A stretch of DNA of 24,000 nucleotides from Candidatus Saccharimonadales bacterium (GTDB lineage: Bacteria > Patescibacteriota > Saccharimonadia > UBA4664 > SCTI01). Below are positions 23,888 to 24,000 of the stretch, one piece after another (within the stretch, counting starts at the first letter, position 1; each line of letters begins with the position of its first letter). The notes beneath the pieces were generated by a model. The model saw only the letters and a list, made by a program, of their open reading frames with translations, searched no databases and had not been told where the DNA came from. A program made the translations under genes and the position numbers. The stretch lies in the NCBI GenBank assembly GCA_035510255.1, contig DATKHK010000030.1, positions 3,345-27,344 on the forward strand, in the 5' to 3' direction.

Positions 23888-24000
23888 TTAGAGGGCGCCA
23901 GCAAGGTTTCACGATCGTTGAGTTGATTCTTGCTATGGCTATTTTTAGCTTTATGTCGCTGATTTTGGCAACCGGCGTGATTCGGCTGTATCAAATTTAT
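23884..24000 (+). CDS. Pilin-like protein, 3'-truncated by the window edge
   Basis: The GTG start overlaps the upstream stop (GTGA). My translation is VIRGRQQG|FTIVELILAMAIFSFMSLILATGVIRLYQIY, which runs open to the window end. Confidence 0.75.
   Translation, partial: MIRGRQQGFTIVELILAMAIFSFMSLILATGVIRLYQIY

Noticed and set aside
1-24000. CRISPR arrays, transposases, integrases, IS inverted repeats, prophage genes, and toxin-antitoxin or restriction-type defence genes.
   Set aside because: I saw no regularly spaced direct repeats, no recombinase or transposase-like ORFs and no flanking inverted repeats on inspection. All intergenic gaps are short and are explained by promoters or terminators.

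Overview
This is a gene-dense bacterial window with no rRNA, tRNA, CRISPR or mobile-element signatures that I could see. The layout is as follows.

- **Housekeeping genes (1-3.4 kb):** a tlyA 3' fragment, ychF, a lipoprotein and a NUDIX hydrolase.
- **Disulfide-bond pair (3.6-4.9 kb):** a DUF929-type CPYC thioredoxin-like protein abutting a VKOR-family membrane oxidoreductase.
- **Azole-RiPP (TOMM / linear azole-containing peptide-like) operon (4.95-7.53 kb), the most interesting locus:** one 726-aa protein fuses a PqqD-like recognition domain, a SagB-type FMN dehydrogenase and a YcaO cyclodehydratase. It is followed by a 59-aa Gly/Ser/Cys-rich precursor ORF. That ORF is absent from the supplied ORF track, whose shortest entries are 60 aa. 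A sigma70-like promoter and a bidirectional terminator bracket the operon, and a convergent HExxH metalloprotease shares the terminator.
- **Two uncertain small loci (8.2-9.3 kb):** a Ser/Gly-rich membrane protein, and an ambiguous secreted-protein or structured-RNA locus.
- **Giant secreted protein (9.4-13.0 kb):** a 1184-aa candidate adhesin.
- **Type IV pilus cluster (13.0-24.0 kb):** secretin-less and monoderm-style, in the order pilM-pilN-pilO-small TM protein-pilB-pilT-pilC-pilA-pilD. It continues with a 710-aa modular pilin and two further pilin-like genes.

Several genes carry extended -10 boxes (TGnTAnnnT) almost flush with their start codons, which suggests leaderless transcripts. 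The gene content and the missing secretin are compatible with a monoderm, reduced-genome lineage such as Saccharibacteria/Patescibacteria. That taxonomic guess is inference only. All family calls rest on motifs read by eye; no searches were run.
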